Positions 49,782 to 63,276 of a stretch of 64,000 nt of DNA are shown here, one piece after another. Each line of letters opens with the position of its first letter. Position 1 is the first letter of the stretch. The stretch spans positions 620,001 to 684,000 of the forward strand of contig MU005957.1 of NCBI GenBank assembly GCA_010093745.1, given 5' to 3'. The stretch is from Piedraia hortae CBS 480.64. Taxonomy: Eukaryota. Under the pieces are notes generated by a model. The model had not been told where the DNA came from, ran no database searches, and saw nothing but the letters and a program-made list of their open reading frames with translations. Made by a program: the position numbers and the translations under genes.

Positions 49782-50451
49782 GGGCAAACGACTGTATTGC
49801 TGTCTAGTCGAAATCAGTGTAGTCTCGAAAGAATCTTTGTGAAATAAACGAATGCGATAGGTTCAAGGGCGGTCTGTCCCGCAGTTGTAGTCTTTGACTA
49901 CACCAAATCGCAATGTTTGGACCAGCAAAACGGCCGTTGTCGGGGTGACGGGCCACGCTAATGCAGGCACTGCGGATCGTTCCGCGCCACTGCTCCACCT
50001 GTGATGTTGCACAGCCGCTCCATGGTCAGGTTAACCCGGCCGCTTTTGCGCTGATCTTCCAATCGCAGGCCGTTATTATTGCCGATTCTGGTGAGATGCG
50101 CACTTTGAAAATGCAAAGGCGAACAAAGCTTCCTTTTTGTTTGGGGCATGTTCCACCTTACCCACTGTAGATACCGCACGCTGCAACGGTGTTGTGGATG
50201 TTGTATCGTTGCTTTGACTAAAATATACCGTCGTATAAAGCTAGGATTTATCATATTAACTAGATTTTTGGAACAGCTGGGACTTGTAATTTGACATGAG
50301 GTTGGCACCAGCAAATGGGTAACTGGCCTTTTCGAATGCAGCTCGAACATACAGATAAACAACATATTTTAAGCCAGCAATCTTAAAGGGGATCAGCCTC
50401 GCTCTGCTCCCCTAGGTATGTTTGCTGGAGAGTCGTGATATAACGGTCAGA

Positions 50452-52635
50452 TCAGATTCCATTAGACTTGGGTGGCCTCAGTAACTCTGGTTCATCCATG
50501 GACATGTTATATGACCTTCGTGGCTTCAATGTTAGTGGGAAAAAATTATCATCGAGTTCCTGCTGTTTCATGTCGGTATGATGGGGGTATCAATGTCACG
50601 ATTAACCTACCTGTCTTGCCGAGTCCCATGCCACGTAGTCCTCTGTGCCTAATACCTCCTTGGTCTCCTGCAAGCTCGCAAAATCGCCAGGCGTTATCAT
50701 GCCGGAACGCTCGCGTGGGGAACCAGGAGCGGACAAGGGACGGCTGATTTTCCTATTTTCGGTTCCATCAAAGTAACCGACCTCTTCTTCGCCTCCGCCG
50801 TCCTCGAATGAATCGGGATAAGCTCTACGCAAGGCCAACTGTCGGGCCTTGACGTATTCCATACCCATTCGCTTCCAGTCCAACAAGTCACTCAAGCGCT
50901 CCGTACGGTTACGTTGATTGATCCTTTGCCGCTTGGATTTGGTTGTAAAACTGTACATAAAGTCTGTGAGCTGGTTGACCGATTCATCAACTCCCTTCAT
51001 TCGCCGATCTACAATGTAGATGCCGTAATCATTGGAATTTTCAATCAATTCGTCCATATAGCATCCGAACCCAGAAAGGTTGGTGGTGATGCTTGGCACG
51101 CCCATGACTGTGCATTCGGCCGGAGTATAACCCCAAGGCTCGTAGTACGAAGCAAAGATGCCCATGTGGGTGCCCCTGACAAAGTCATCGTAGTCCATGG
51201 GCAGAATAGGCGAGCCTGACGACAGAAACTCGGGATGGAAAACGATTTTCACGCGATCCGACGGATAGTTGAAAAGCTGGCAACGGCGGATCTGGGTTAG
51301 TACAGGGTCCTCGGCATCGTTTACCATGTTGTGTGTCACAATCGGGGGAAGAGTGTGACGCTTCATGGCAAAAAGTCGGCGGCGTAACATGACTTTGTCC
51401 TGCGCGGAGATGAGGTCTTTGTCGTCAGGAGAGTCCTTACCCTCATGCCACGAGAGAGAGCGCTCAAAAAGCTTCTTGCTGACGTTCTTTTCTATGTGGC
51501 CGATGGTGTCTCGCAGTGACTTGATTACGGCTTGTCCCTTGAGTGCCTCCACCGCCAACGATGTCGTTTGTGCCGGCATGATAATGAAGGCAACGACGGT
51601 CATGTCAGAACCTTCACTCTTCATACGGTGGTTCAGCCGGGCCAGAGATTCGATGAACATGTCGACACCCTTGTTGCGGTATTCGTAGCGGCCAGCTGTG
51701 AAGAAGTACAACGTCTTCTCGGGGTTGAAATCGTTGTGGCCGTAGAAATGGCCGCGCACAAAGTCGGTGATACGCTCCTTGTTCGTCTGATGCAGATTTT
51801 GAAATTCGTGTGTCGCAGAAAACTTTTTGACGTTCAGACCATTGGGGACGACTCCATCAGGCTTACGTTTGAGCAGATGCTCGCTCTCGTAGGCTGTTAT
51901 ATGGCTGACCGTGGTGAAAACATCGGCACTATGTGTAGCAGCACGCTCGATGCAGTAGCGGTGGTAGATGCCTCTCTTTCCAGCCTCAGCATCCACGTCG
52001 AAATACTGCAGGTTGTTGTAGAAATCAACAGAGCCCGCGCATAGATAGCGTCCCAGCAGAGTAGCATGCGTTGTGAAGATAGTGGTAACATCGATCTTGC
52101 GCTTGCGGCACAGCGGAAGGGCAACGCCAGCCAGCCACTCGTGGAACTGGACAACGACGGCGTGCTTACGATCATGGTATACATACTCGCCGAGAAACCA
52201 GGCAATGAGGTAGCCGAAGACGATAGCTTCGTTTGTCTCGTGGTCGTCGGCGGGACTCGGGATGCCGGCTGTGGACCAAAGGTCGCCTTTCCACTCGTCC
52301 AGCTTATTGTATCCGGTGCTTGTATCGAAGAGCAGCACACGCGGAGCACCATCAATCAGCCAGCGGCCATAGACGGTTTGAATACCTCGCTCATTCATGC
52401 TCTTGATCGTCTCGACCATGTTGGGATCCTCGGGCTCGAGAACCTCAACCTCTTGGTCGGCGGCACCGCGATTGAGCGGACCCAGTAGCGTGTATCGCAA
52501 GCCATACTCGGCTGTCGTCACCTGCGCCTTGGACTTGAGCACCGAGTAGATGCCGCCCACACGGTTGGCAACTTCGGTAGCTACCTCGAACAGTACATGG
52601 GTCTTGACGTCCCGCCGATGGACGTGGTCGGACAT
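50452..52635 (-). CDS. GSY1: Glycogen synthase; intron 50563-50610
   Basis: [40 protein letters not shown] and RPLSAPGSP; terminal exon [13 protein letters not shown]...NGI*. Confidence 0.97.
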
Positions 52636-53403
52636 GGCGAGAGGGAACTTGAAGGAGGAGCGTGACGTGGTGCGGAGTGGTAAGAGGAGAGCTTCGTTAG
52701 TAATCCGCTAGGCTACGCCCCTCCCGCCTCACGTGAGCTCTATTTGATTTCATGGGACATCAGAAGGGCACATTGCTATTCTATCCTATCGGAGAGCTCG
52801 CTAGGGCGGCTTTTTCCAACGTGGTTATCGGTCAACCGGCCGAATGTTGCCATATTATCTGTATCCATGAAAGTGTTATCCGTAATGCTCAAGTTGACAA
52901 TCGGACGTCTCAACAGAGGCTTATAACCAACAGTCAGCTCGTTGTTTGTGTCTGTCAAGCAGATGTGAGCCCCACCTTGACGGGCCGATTAGCTGCCACG
53001 TGACTCCAACTGCACCCCTCTTTGTTGCCCCGTCAAGAGACTTTAGCGCTCGGCAGGGAAACAACGTGCAGCTGTTGACTGCACCCTGTAAGAGAGTGCG
53101 TATTCCCATGGTCGTGCTAGCTATAGTTCCCAGTTTAAAAACCCCTGCTCCATCCTGATGCTACTTTTAATCAGGGTTAGATTGTTTGCTTGCAGCATTG
53201 CACCCGGTTGTCTCCTGCAGATGCATCCCACATGATTACTGTGGTTCGCTCGGAGCCTTGTCTTGCTGCTGTTGGTACTGCGCCAAGTTCCTTTGTGGCA
53301 CCAACTGTTGCCGTATAAGATGATCATCCCTCCAGTCGTTCTGGCACCTTTCCGAAGCTCTTGACATTCACTACCACTGTCGAATGTACGGGACGAAGTC
53401 ACC

Positions 53404-53772
53404 ATGATGTATCTTGGAATCGTCATTGCTGCATTTACAGCCTTGCCCGCCCTCGCTCTTCCGGCACAAGACAAGCTTACGTCTTCCATCACATACTTTC
53501 AAGGTGGCTCTCCCGAGAATGCCTGCAACATTGCTGTGGCATCCGGTACTATGGCAGCTGGCATTTGCAAACAGATTCATGTATACGGCATTGGTCTGTC
53601 CAATGCTCCTCGCCAAGGCTGCATCTACAAGTTATTCAAAGGAAGCGCCAACTGTAATGGTCATGCAACGGCAACGTACAAGATTCCCAAGGGCTCTCAG
53701 CCAATCTGTATCAATACTGGCGTACAGGACGGAGGGCAGTTTGAGAAGGCGAGTGGCCTGTGGAGTTGTTAA
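53404..53772 (+). CDS. Small secreted cysteine-rich protein
   Basis: 122 aa, signal-peptide-like N-terminus (MMYLGIVIAAFTALPALALP), 6 Cys, ends in C. Confidence 0.8.
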   Translation: MMYLGIVIAAFTALPALALPAQDKLTSSITYFQGGSPENACNIAVASGTMAAGICKQIHVYGIGLSNAPRQGCIYKLFKGSANCNGHATATYKIPKGSQPICINTGVQDGGQFEKASGLWSC

Positions 53773-54330
53773 TCTTGGATCTGGGCTATCAATGCTTTGA
53801 TGCAATTTAATGTGCTCAAGGACTCTGTATGTAATGAGGGTCAGTAGTGTTTGAAGTGGTAAACTAATGTTAAAGGCGTGTGGGATCGAATGTGCAGACT
53901 GGCAGCATTGACACGAATCGTGGATGCAGTAGTGGGTAATCTGGGCTTCGAACTATGATCTCCGTACTAGATAACGTTCAGACTACCTACCCGGAGGAGG
54001 TTGGTGACGTCGATGACACCTGGCAACTGACTGGTTCCTGGTGACATGAGAGGATCCACCTGTATATGACAAATGCTCAAGTTGACTGCACGTCACACCA
54101 CATCACTCGGACTTCCAGGGAAAATCAAAATCTAACAGCGGCACAGGGTCGAACACAGACCACTCGGATAAATTACCCCTCTTTGCGGGGGTGCAGGAGC
54201 TATTCTCCGAGCGCGCCAAGACGTTCGTCGCCACTGAGTGCGCGTACGGTAAGAGACAGCCGGTGACAGCCTGCACACCGCCCACCACCAGTCACACCGC
54301 TCCCCACCACTTTTCACTGCCCTCTCCATC

Positions 54331-56159
54331 ATGGGCACGTCTTACGCCGATAATGCAATGCAAGCCATCCACGGCAAGAGGCCTGCGCCCGAGATCGACT
54401 TCACGCTTCATAAGATGGAGGACGGAACGACGGTCAGCACGCAGGAGCGCGTTTGCAAAGGTGTGTGTGGTGCAAGGCGCCGCCGGCTGAGGCTGACATA
54501 GCAGATGTGCAAGCGCCGGCGTTTAACAAGCCGACTGACGAGCAGTTGTTCGTCAACGACCCCGCCACCTTCATCTACGACGATGAAGAGGGAGATGACA
54601 AGAAAAAGCCCCGGAGCCGATGGAGGAAGACTAACATCCAGTTCCTCAAACAGCACCTCTACCGCGAGGGCCGTTTGACTGAGGGACAGGCTATAGAGAT
54701 TCTCGAGGCCGGCACCTTAATGCTCAAGAGAGAGGACACTCTACTCGAAATGGATGCGCCCATCACAGTCTGTGGCGACATTCATGGCCAGTATTACGAT
54801 CTTATGAAGCTGTTTGAGGTTGGAGGCGACGCAGCCGACACCAGATATCTGTTCCTCGGCGATTATGTAGACCGCGGATACTTTAGCATCGAGTGCGTGC
54901 TGTATCTGTGGGCGCTGAAGGTGTGGTATCCCAACACGCTTTGGCTGCTGCGCGGAAACCACGAGTGTCGCCATCTTACAGAGTACTTTACCCTGAAGCT
55001 TGAATGCAAGCACAAGTACAGCGAGAAGGTATACGAGGCCTGTCTGAAATCTTTCAACGTGTTGCCATTGGCTGCTCTCATGAACAAGCAGTTTCTCTGC
55101 ATCCATGGTGGCCTCTCACCCGAGCTGCACACGATTGATGACTTGAAAAATCTTGACCGCAACCGCGAACCGCCAACGCACGGACTCATGTGCGACCTCC
55201 TCTGGGCTGATCCGCTGGAGGATTTTGGCCAGGAGAAGACGCAGGAGCACTTTACGCACAATCATGTGCGAGGTTGCAGCTACTTCTTCTCCTACCATGC
55301 CGCATGTACATTCCTGGAAAAGAATAACCTGCTATCCATCATTCGTGCCCACGAGGCACAGGATGCTGGCTATCGAATGTACCGCAAGACGCAGACGACA
55401 GGCTTTCCGTCCGTCATAACCATCTTTTCCGCCCCAAACTACCTGGATGTCTACAACAACAAGGCTGCTGTTTTGAAGTACGAGAACAACATAATGAACA
55501 TTCGTCAGTTTAACTGCACGCCCCATCCTTATTGGCTACCTAATTTCATGGACGTCTTCACCTGGTCCCTCCCCTTTGTCGGTGAGAAGATCACCGACAT
55601 GCTCATGGCCATTCTCAATACATGCAGCAAGGAGGAATTGGAGGATGAGACTCCTCTGTCCTCGGGTCCGGCCTCGCCGCCTTTGCTCACCCAGGGCTCA
55701 GGCGCAATCAACGATCCGGAGAGCGTAGAGTTCAAGCGTCGAGCCATGAAGAACAAAATTTTGGCCATTGGCCGCATGTCGCGTGTGTTCTCTCTGCTAC
55801 GTGAAGAGTCTGAGAGCGTTACCGAACTCAAGACCGCCAGTGGTGGCCGTCTACCTGCTGGTACCCTTATGCTGGGTGCGGAGGGCATCAAGCAGGCCAT
55901 AACAGGGTTTGAAGATGCGCGAAAGGTAGATCTCAAAAACGAGCATCTACCTCCTACCACTGAGGAAGCCAGGCGCTCATCCGAGGTTGCTCGCGAACAG
56001 GCTCTTCAGCGTGCTACGGAGGAGGTAGAGAATGACAAACAACTGCAAGGCGTTGCAAGGCGAATCTCCATGTGAGTCGTTTATTTGTAGTTGTTTTGGA
56101 AAAACACTGACTATCCCATTAGGTCGTCGGGCTCCGGACGTAGCCGGGGAAGCAGATAA
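54331..56159 (+). CDS. CNA1: Calcineurin catalytic subunit A; introns 54461-54504 and 56072-56122
   Basis: PEIDFT, GDIHGQ, GDYVDRG, RGNHE, SAPNYL, the CnB-binding [15 protein letters not shown], a calmodulin-binding segment and the autoinhibitory [12 protein letters not shown]. Confidence 0.97.
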
Positions 56160-57399
56160 GGTTAGCTTGTCGAATCTTTTGCTCTGCACGTATCTGTGTA
56201 TACCTCCAGAATACACTCTCTCAAAGCTTGCCGAGCAAGATGGATCTTCCAACATCTGACGGCATTACACGGTCAAAGGTTGTTTCATCTTGATAATAGG
56301 AATTGTAGAGCGATCGAGCACATGAACCTTACGTGCAATGGTGGGATCGTAGATGAGGTCGCCTGCATACCAGTGTCATCAGCACTGATAACTCTTGTAT
56401 GTACGTCATCGTGCGCTGATTGTTGCTTAGCTCGACCAACGACAAGACAATTTTCTTACATGATAAAGTGCTGCAAAACTGGACAATCACCAAGAGGCAG
56501 TTGGACTTTTACATCTGTCTTCGACTTGAACCAACCGCACGTATTGATCTCATGCAGAGGCACTTTGTCTCATGTGTCCATTATACCTTGGTATGCTGAT
56601 AAGTAGTGGGGATCTAATTGTTGACCTTGGCTGGAAGTATTCTACATTTAAAATCACTTGATGACTACGAAATATTGTTCTGCAACATTCTTCACATGCC
56701 ATGGACAGTCCAGGCTGTCAACCAACACATAAACACGGCTGGCCATGCAACGTGACTCCTGAAAGATGAACAGGTGGCTTCAGCCTTGCAGCAAGGTCCG
56801 CTTCCACAGGACCAATCTTCATCAGCATGCTGCAAGCCCGCGGTATGTATGAATGGTGGGCCGAGTTGCTACGCAGTCAGCCTTGCTGCGGTCCTTTTCG
56901 CCTCACATACGCACTGCACCATAACGTGCACCAACAATGGTGGCTCAACCGCACATGAAAGTCATGCAGAAGACTGATTTCTCTTCCCTGGTTTGAGCTT
57001 GTCTGCCAGCTAATGGTCTACATGTTAGCAGCTATGATCAGGATCGCTCCAATATTGGGGAGGATTCTACTGCACAGCAAATCCCTCCCGATGACTTCTC
57101 TGTTACAACAGACAAGTCTGAGCGGCTACTCCGCCTTAGTAAATGCCCACACAATTCGAGTCCAGAAGCTCCAAGTCTCCACATGCGCCACTTCTAGATT
57201 TTACAAAATCTCAAAAGCAGCGAGAATGAGAACGCCACTATCGTGGCTATGTACACACACCTGCTTTGCTTCCTCGCGGCCCACAAATTCTACCATTCCC
57301 AAATCATGAAACCCCTATTGCCCTAAATGCAGCGACCTCACTAGATTCACACTCTCCTCGTCACCATCCCAACACACAGGCTACGGCAGAGTAGATCGC

Positions 57400-58971
57400 A
57401 GACGTTGCTGAGCGCAAAATCCGCTCCAACAAAGGCACATGCGTGTCCCTACAACGCAGTCTTTATTCTCGACAAATCCAAATGATTGGCTTTGGGGGTG
57501 CAATGGGGATGGGATTCTTCATGTCTTCGAGCACAGTGCTACTTAACAGCGGCCCCGCCGGCACTCTGATCGCATACACTTTTATTGGGACGCTGGCCTA
57601 CAGCATGATCGTTGCTCTGGGCGAAATGGTAACTTATATATTCATGAACAATACGCCTACGGGTTATGTGTCGCACTTCTTAAACCCCTCGCTGGCCTTC
57701 GCTGTGGGCTGGACCTATCATTTATCATGGGCTGTCACTTTCGCCATTGAGCTAGCTGCATCGGGCTTGATCATAGGTTACTGCTACAAAAATGTCGAGA
57801 CGGGCTACTACTATAGATAATTTTCCTGGGCTTCCATCACCGTCGTCGGGCCAATCTGGATCCTCATTATTCTCTTCAGCCTCCTCCCTGTGTCTTATTA
57901 TGGCATGGCGGAGTTTTTGTCAGCAACGATTAAATGTGTGCTGATCATGTGCTTTATAGTATTTTCTATCTGCATCACTGCCGGCGTTGGTGCCGGCGTT
58001 GGTGCTAAAGGCCGAGTAGGGTTCCATTCGTGGAAGGATTCCGGTGCCTTTGGTTACCATTCCGGGAGGTATTTGAATAACCTCAATGCAGCAGATGGCA
58101 TCGTCTATGCTTGCGATGCTCTGGGCGTAGCTGCATTCTCCTATCAAGGTATTGAAATGGTTGCTATTGCTATTGGTGAAGCCCACGATTACCCTCGAAG
58201 AACAATACCTTGGGCAATCAACAAGATTTTCTACCGGACCTTGGTCATAGTCATCCTCAACATCTTCCTCTTGGGACTCGTTGTTCCTTACGATACACTC
58301 AGTCTTGGTAGAGACCCGCCCTATGTTGTTGCGGTCCAGCTCACAGGTGTCCCCGTTCTGCCCTCCATGGTGAACGCAGTTTTGCTCTGTGTCACACTCT
58401 GGGTTGCAAACTCAATCTTGTACAGCGGAAGTAGAGTACTTGTTGGTATTGCGAGCCGGAAAAATTCTCCAAAGTGACTCGCCAGAACATCCAAGACAGG
58501 GGTCCCATACACAAGTGTCATGTGCACGTCTGTAATTGGATTGCTGGGACTTCGTCGGGTAGAGATATACCAATGAAATTTTCTATCGCTTGCTCCAACT
58601 AACCAACGTGGCAACCCTCGTTTGCTGGTGCGCTGTAACTGAACTTATCTGTGAGCTTTCTTAACTGACGTCTAACGAGGACTTACACGAGTATCTCTTA
58701 TTTAGCTTTCCACCGCTCGCTCAAATATCGAAGCATTGGTCGGCGAAGTCTTCCATACACCGCCCCCGCTCCAGCCTTGGTTCACGTACTACGGCATATT
58801 TTCAGCATAATCGCTGTTCCACTCCCGGCAATGATTGACATCCAACCTAGATTTCGCGCTTTTTCTGGCCGCATTTCACATCTCGGCTTTGGCCTCTTTT
58901 TGATGTTTTTCGTTATACACATAACCATTGCCAAGCTGAAGCGCACTGAAAAACCAAAAAGTAGCCTTTGA
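57400..58971 (+). pseudogene. Amino-acid permease (YAT/APC family) pseudogene
   Basis: L.SRQIQMIGFGGA.G.G, ALGEM, AAFSYQGIE.VAIA.GE and YSGSR.L; in-frame stops at 57818 and 58475 (K-TGA-L, likely from TGG) plus frameshifts. Confidence 0.8.
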
Positions 58972-60027
58972 GCTGGGTCAGTTGAATCTGAATCATGGCG
59001 AGCATTCAAAAAAGGGGGACAAACCCCCCCAAGACGCGACAGTCTTGGGAAGCAAAGAGCTCTCACGAGGAAACAGCTGGATGTGATCGGCCTCATTTAA
59101 TGACATGCACTAGCCCACTGGTCTCATTGGAGCTGACAGAAACTCACCATCAGCGAACCCTCATGAGATACATCACCGACTCTGCATAATCATTCCACCA
59201 TCTCCCCTAATCCTAACAAATCTCGTGGCCAAAATGGGACGAGAGATGAACGGCACGGACGAGCAGGGAGCTACAGTGAAGCTGCACCATGGTTGATGAG
59301 ACAACACGCAGGGCTTCTGATTTGAGTGGCGCTCAACGCTCGTGTTCATTACTGGCGATTTGAGTCATGCAGATTGCATTTTCATCATATTGTCTGTTGA
59401 TCTAATGTCTTGCAAGTTTGCTATAAGTGAACACGGGTTGAATGCATCTGCTGTCAGGGATTAGAGACTGGTGATCCAATACTGGCACTCACTTGTTGTT
59501 GGTTCAGTAAAGTTTCTTGGCGAACTTTGCTGTGTGGCATAGCATTGACAGGAAGGGGGATTGGCCAGCCACCTGAACTGCTGTGGAATAAACATTTCCT
59601 GCACACTCAATTTTGGTATGATAACCTTGAGCCAAGGAAGAGAATTGAGTTTTGGGCGTATCCGGAAATGATGAGTATTCTCCCATCTTCCCATGCCACC
59701 ACTGAAAAGGAAAAAGTACAGCCATATCGACTGCACATGAGCTCTGGAATTTGCAGTATATTCTTGCCCAGAATCTTAGCGGTGAAAAGATATACAACCA
59801 CTGAGTTGCGCTTCTGGACTCAAATCCCATCCACAGCCTTTGAAATCCCTGTAAATGACATTTTCGTGAAAAAAATTGCTAGTATATGGCCTAGTCATCG
59901 GATGCATTGCTTGCTTCCCGAAAAGAACAATAAAATTGTCATATAAACCCGCCCAGTACGGGTCACACACACATGCCCAAACCACGACCTCACCCCCATA
60001 CACTCTGACAATACTACTAACCTACGA

Positions 60028-62852
60028 TTACACCCCCCCACCACTCCCCGACGAAAACCGCAAATTACTTATCCTCTCGGCAATAGAATCGCCAACATAA
60101 TCCACTGCCCCCTTGGGACTCTTAAGACTCACCGAGCCCTGCGAGGTGGAGGCGATGACACTAAAAAGTTTGACATTCGTCCCGCTCCAGATGCCGTTTA
60201 TGCCCTTGTTTGTTGCAATATCGCTCGCGTAGATTAATCCCCAGAGGAGACTAATGTACCAGCCTCGCGATGAGGGGGACCAGGTGAAGGCTTGGACTTT
60301 TAAATGGGTTAGGAGGGAGGGAGAAAGGGGGGTGGGCTTACCTCGTGGGGTTTCTGGGTCAGGGAGCGCGCACCCAGCGTCGTTGCGACTCTCGGTGGCG
60401 CGGTCGATGGATGCAAAGATTTGGCGGAGGGGGAGGAGGGGTAGCCATTCTTCGAGCTATGAGGCGGATTAATATGGGGTTTGAAAGGGAAAGGGAAGGC
60501 TTACCCATGCGGATGTCGGTCGAAATGGGACTTGGGGGCCGGTGGACGAGATTGACGCAGGGAGTGCAGTTCCTGTCATTGCGGAGGTCATGCTGGTTAT
60601 GGATGCGCTGCGAGAGGTAACCCGTGATAACTGGCCGCTACCCGCGGGAAGTTTACCGCGGGCTTTCTCGCTCATGCGGCGTAACGGCGTGGCTGTGGAT
60701 GACTCGCCAGGTGTATCGCTACCCTGTGATGTAGAAGCTGCCATATTACTATTGGTGTCTTCCTCGTCATCGTCGTCATCGTCGTCGCCAACGGCGAATG
60801 GCTCGTCCTGGCGCGGAGAATTTGGCGGATGATTCTCGCGTCTGTTCGAACCCTCCCCACTAACCAACGGAGACCCTGCAGCAGGACTCTTACCATGTCT
60901 AGTGCCATCCAGCTCTATAAAGTCGCCCTCTATGGTCAGGTTTTGCAGAGCTTTGAACCGCATGCGGTTGCGGGCAACTACATCGACCAAACGGCGGTTC
61001 GCTTACAAGTCAGTGTATATCATGGCAGAGTAGCAAGTGACCTACATTCAGATTGCCATGCCAAAGTGGTGGATATGGCCTGAAGTAGAGTCACGAGCAG
61101 GGTGTAGTTGGTCTCTTTCTCAAGCAAGAATTTTGGGTTAGACAGCTGGATGAAGAGATCAAGAATCTTGGAGCTGGTAGCCCGCTGGAGATCCTTAACA
61201 TAGGGCGATACGTTGTAGATGATGGCAAGGAAGGTCGGATAGATGGAGTCTAATCGGCCTTTGGTTGTTGTCATCAGGGTGTGGATTGTCTAAGATTGTC
61301 AGCAACCGGACACTGAAAGTTTGACAGCGCAACATACCGTGACTAGGAAGTCAGCATAGCTTCCATGAAAGTGATTAATCTTCACAGAGGCTGGCAGACT
61401 ATCCTGTCCAACAAATACTTTATTCAGTCTCTTCCCAAACGAAGAGTCCACGCTGAGCGTCTGTAGAATCAAGGCACACATGCGTATTAAGCCCTGCTTT
61501 GCCGGCTCGTCCTTGTAGGCCATGGCATAATACAACACCATGACAACAAAGTCATGCACGCGATCCGTTTCGATGATGAACAGCTGAAAACGCTTGTTTA
61601 CCTGTAGAAGCTCCCAGAAGAGACTCAATGCCTCACCGGCCCACGGACACTCGCGTTGCATTCCGGGGATATTAATACCTGATACTGGCTGAGTGAGCAC
61701 CATGGTGATGCCTTGCTGGATAAATTGGAAATCTTCAGCTCTATGAAGGCGACCCATGGCTTTACGAAATTGGTTCGTCTCGCCTGATGGCTCTGAATAT
61801 AAGAGCAGAACGAGCAAGAACTGCAGACTGGTATGCACCAGTCGAGTCCTTGGATCACCATCACTCGACCACTCGAGCGGTACGATCCAGCTTGCTGGGT
61901 TGTACTTAAGGATCGTATTGAGCAGAGAACAGATGAGGGTGAGCACAATCTGCCTGTCGGTCTTGGTTGTTATGTAAACCAAGGGCCGGACATCGGCAGC
62001 AGAAACAGCATCTGGCATGTCGGTTAAGTCCAACGTATGCACACAAAATAGGGTTAACTTACGAGGTGGAATGTACATCTGTCGGCTGCATAAACTGAGT
62101 AGCAGCCTCAAGACTTCCACGGCATTCTTTTCATTTTCTTTGGTCATTCCTGCACTATACCGACATCCAATGCCGCTGTTCCAAATGCGAAAATCGGCCC
62201 TCTGTTCCGACGAACCGTCTGTGGACTGTTTCTTGGGCAAGGTGAACCCCGGCCAGAACAAGTAGCGAACAAGAATATCAATCAGCTGCTCTCCAAGCGG
62301 TGGGTCCAGTACTTTCTCACTGGCGTGTTCTTCTGAAGGGCCATCTGATGTGAGGTCAAGATCTGCTTGAGGGTTCAAACCGTCAACCCATGATCCAGGA
62401 CGATTATTTCGCTTATCCCAAACCTGCTGAGGCGTCTGCGGCTTCCAAAAAAATCGATGCTCCCATTGCGAGATGTGTTCTGCTTCGTAAATGTAAGGAA
62501 AGGCTCGGGTGAGCATGCGAATGCAATTCAAAGCTTCGAGTGAGGATGATCGTTGCTGTTCAGCATTTGCGCTTAGAGCTTGGAGATGATGGAGGCGAGA
62601 AATGCAAGTGTATACCAACGTCTCTAGGTTCTTTCTGGGATGGACTTGGGTATTCGGGAGTGGACGATCATCGGGACGAGTAAGCGTAAGCGCATGGAGA
62701 TCGTTAGGTGACCAAAGGGCAAGGACGTCGTCCGCAGTTTCCGGGAGCTGGTAAAACTTGGCCCACAAAGGATCAGTGGGCGGAATGTTGTCCTCCTCGG
62801 CTAAGCGGAAGATGCCCTGTTTGAAGCCAAGTTTGCTTTCTGATGCGCCCAT
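60028..62852 (-). CDS. ECM30: HID1/Ecm30 family protein; introns 62012-62062, 61290-61337, 61002-61045, 60457-60504
   Basis: MGASESKL.FKQGIFRL, IWNSGIGC, FHGSYADFL, YNVSPY, SEKARGK and GIWSGTNVKLF; splice sites restore the frame. Confidence 0.9.
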
Positions 62853-63276
62853 GTCAGAATGTAGGACTTGGTCAAGTTGTGACGGCTACCGAGCAAGGTT
62901 ACGCATGTCGCACAAGGCACTTTGCGCGACAATCGGAACTATCAGAGCAGGCTCCATCACGTTCGTCAACTACACCTGTGCACGGACCGTCGATGACACA
63001 CTTGACGCAGCAGATGGATACCCTAACATGGGAGCGCCACCGCCGTTGCTAAAATCTGGGCTGTTTAGCCTTTACATAGCTATTGTGCTATCTAGAGACT
63101 ATGTAGTTCTTTAGATAGACCATGAAGCGCTGCCAATCGACCATCCGCGAGTGCAACATGTGGTGCCTGAGGCATGTTAGAGTGTCCCCACCAACCACAG
63201 TGCTGTCAGAACGGTTATCATACAAAGTGATCAATCGAACCAGACCCACTCCACTGGCATTGACTCTACACTATAA

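Noticed and set aside
59461..59946. ORFs of 90-139 aa between the permease and HID1 (also 39947-40501)
   Set aside because: No motifs or coding-like character; cannot be supported as genes.
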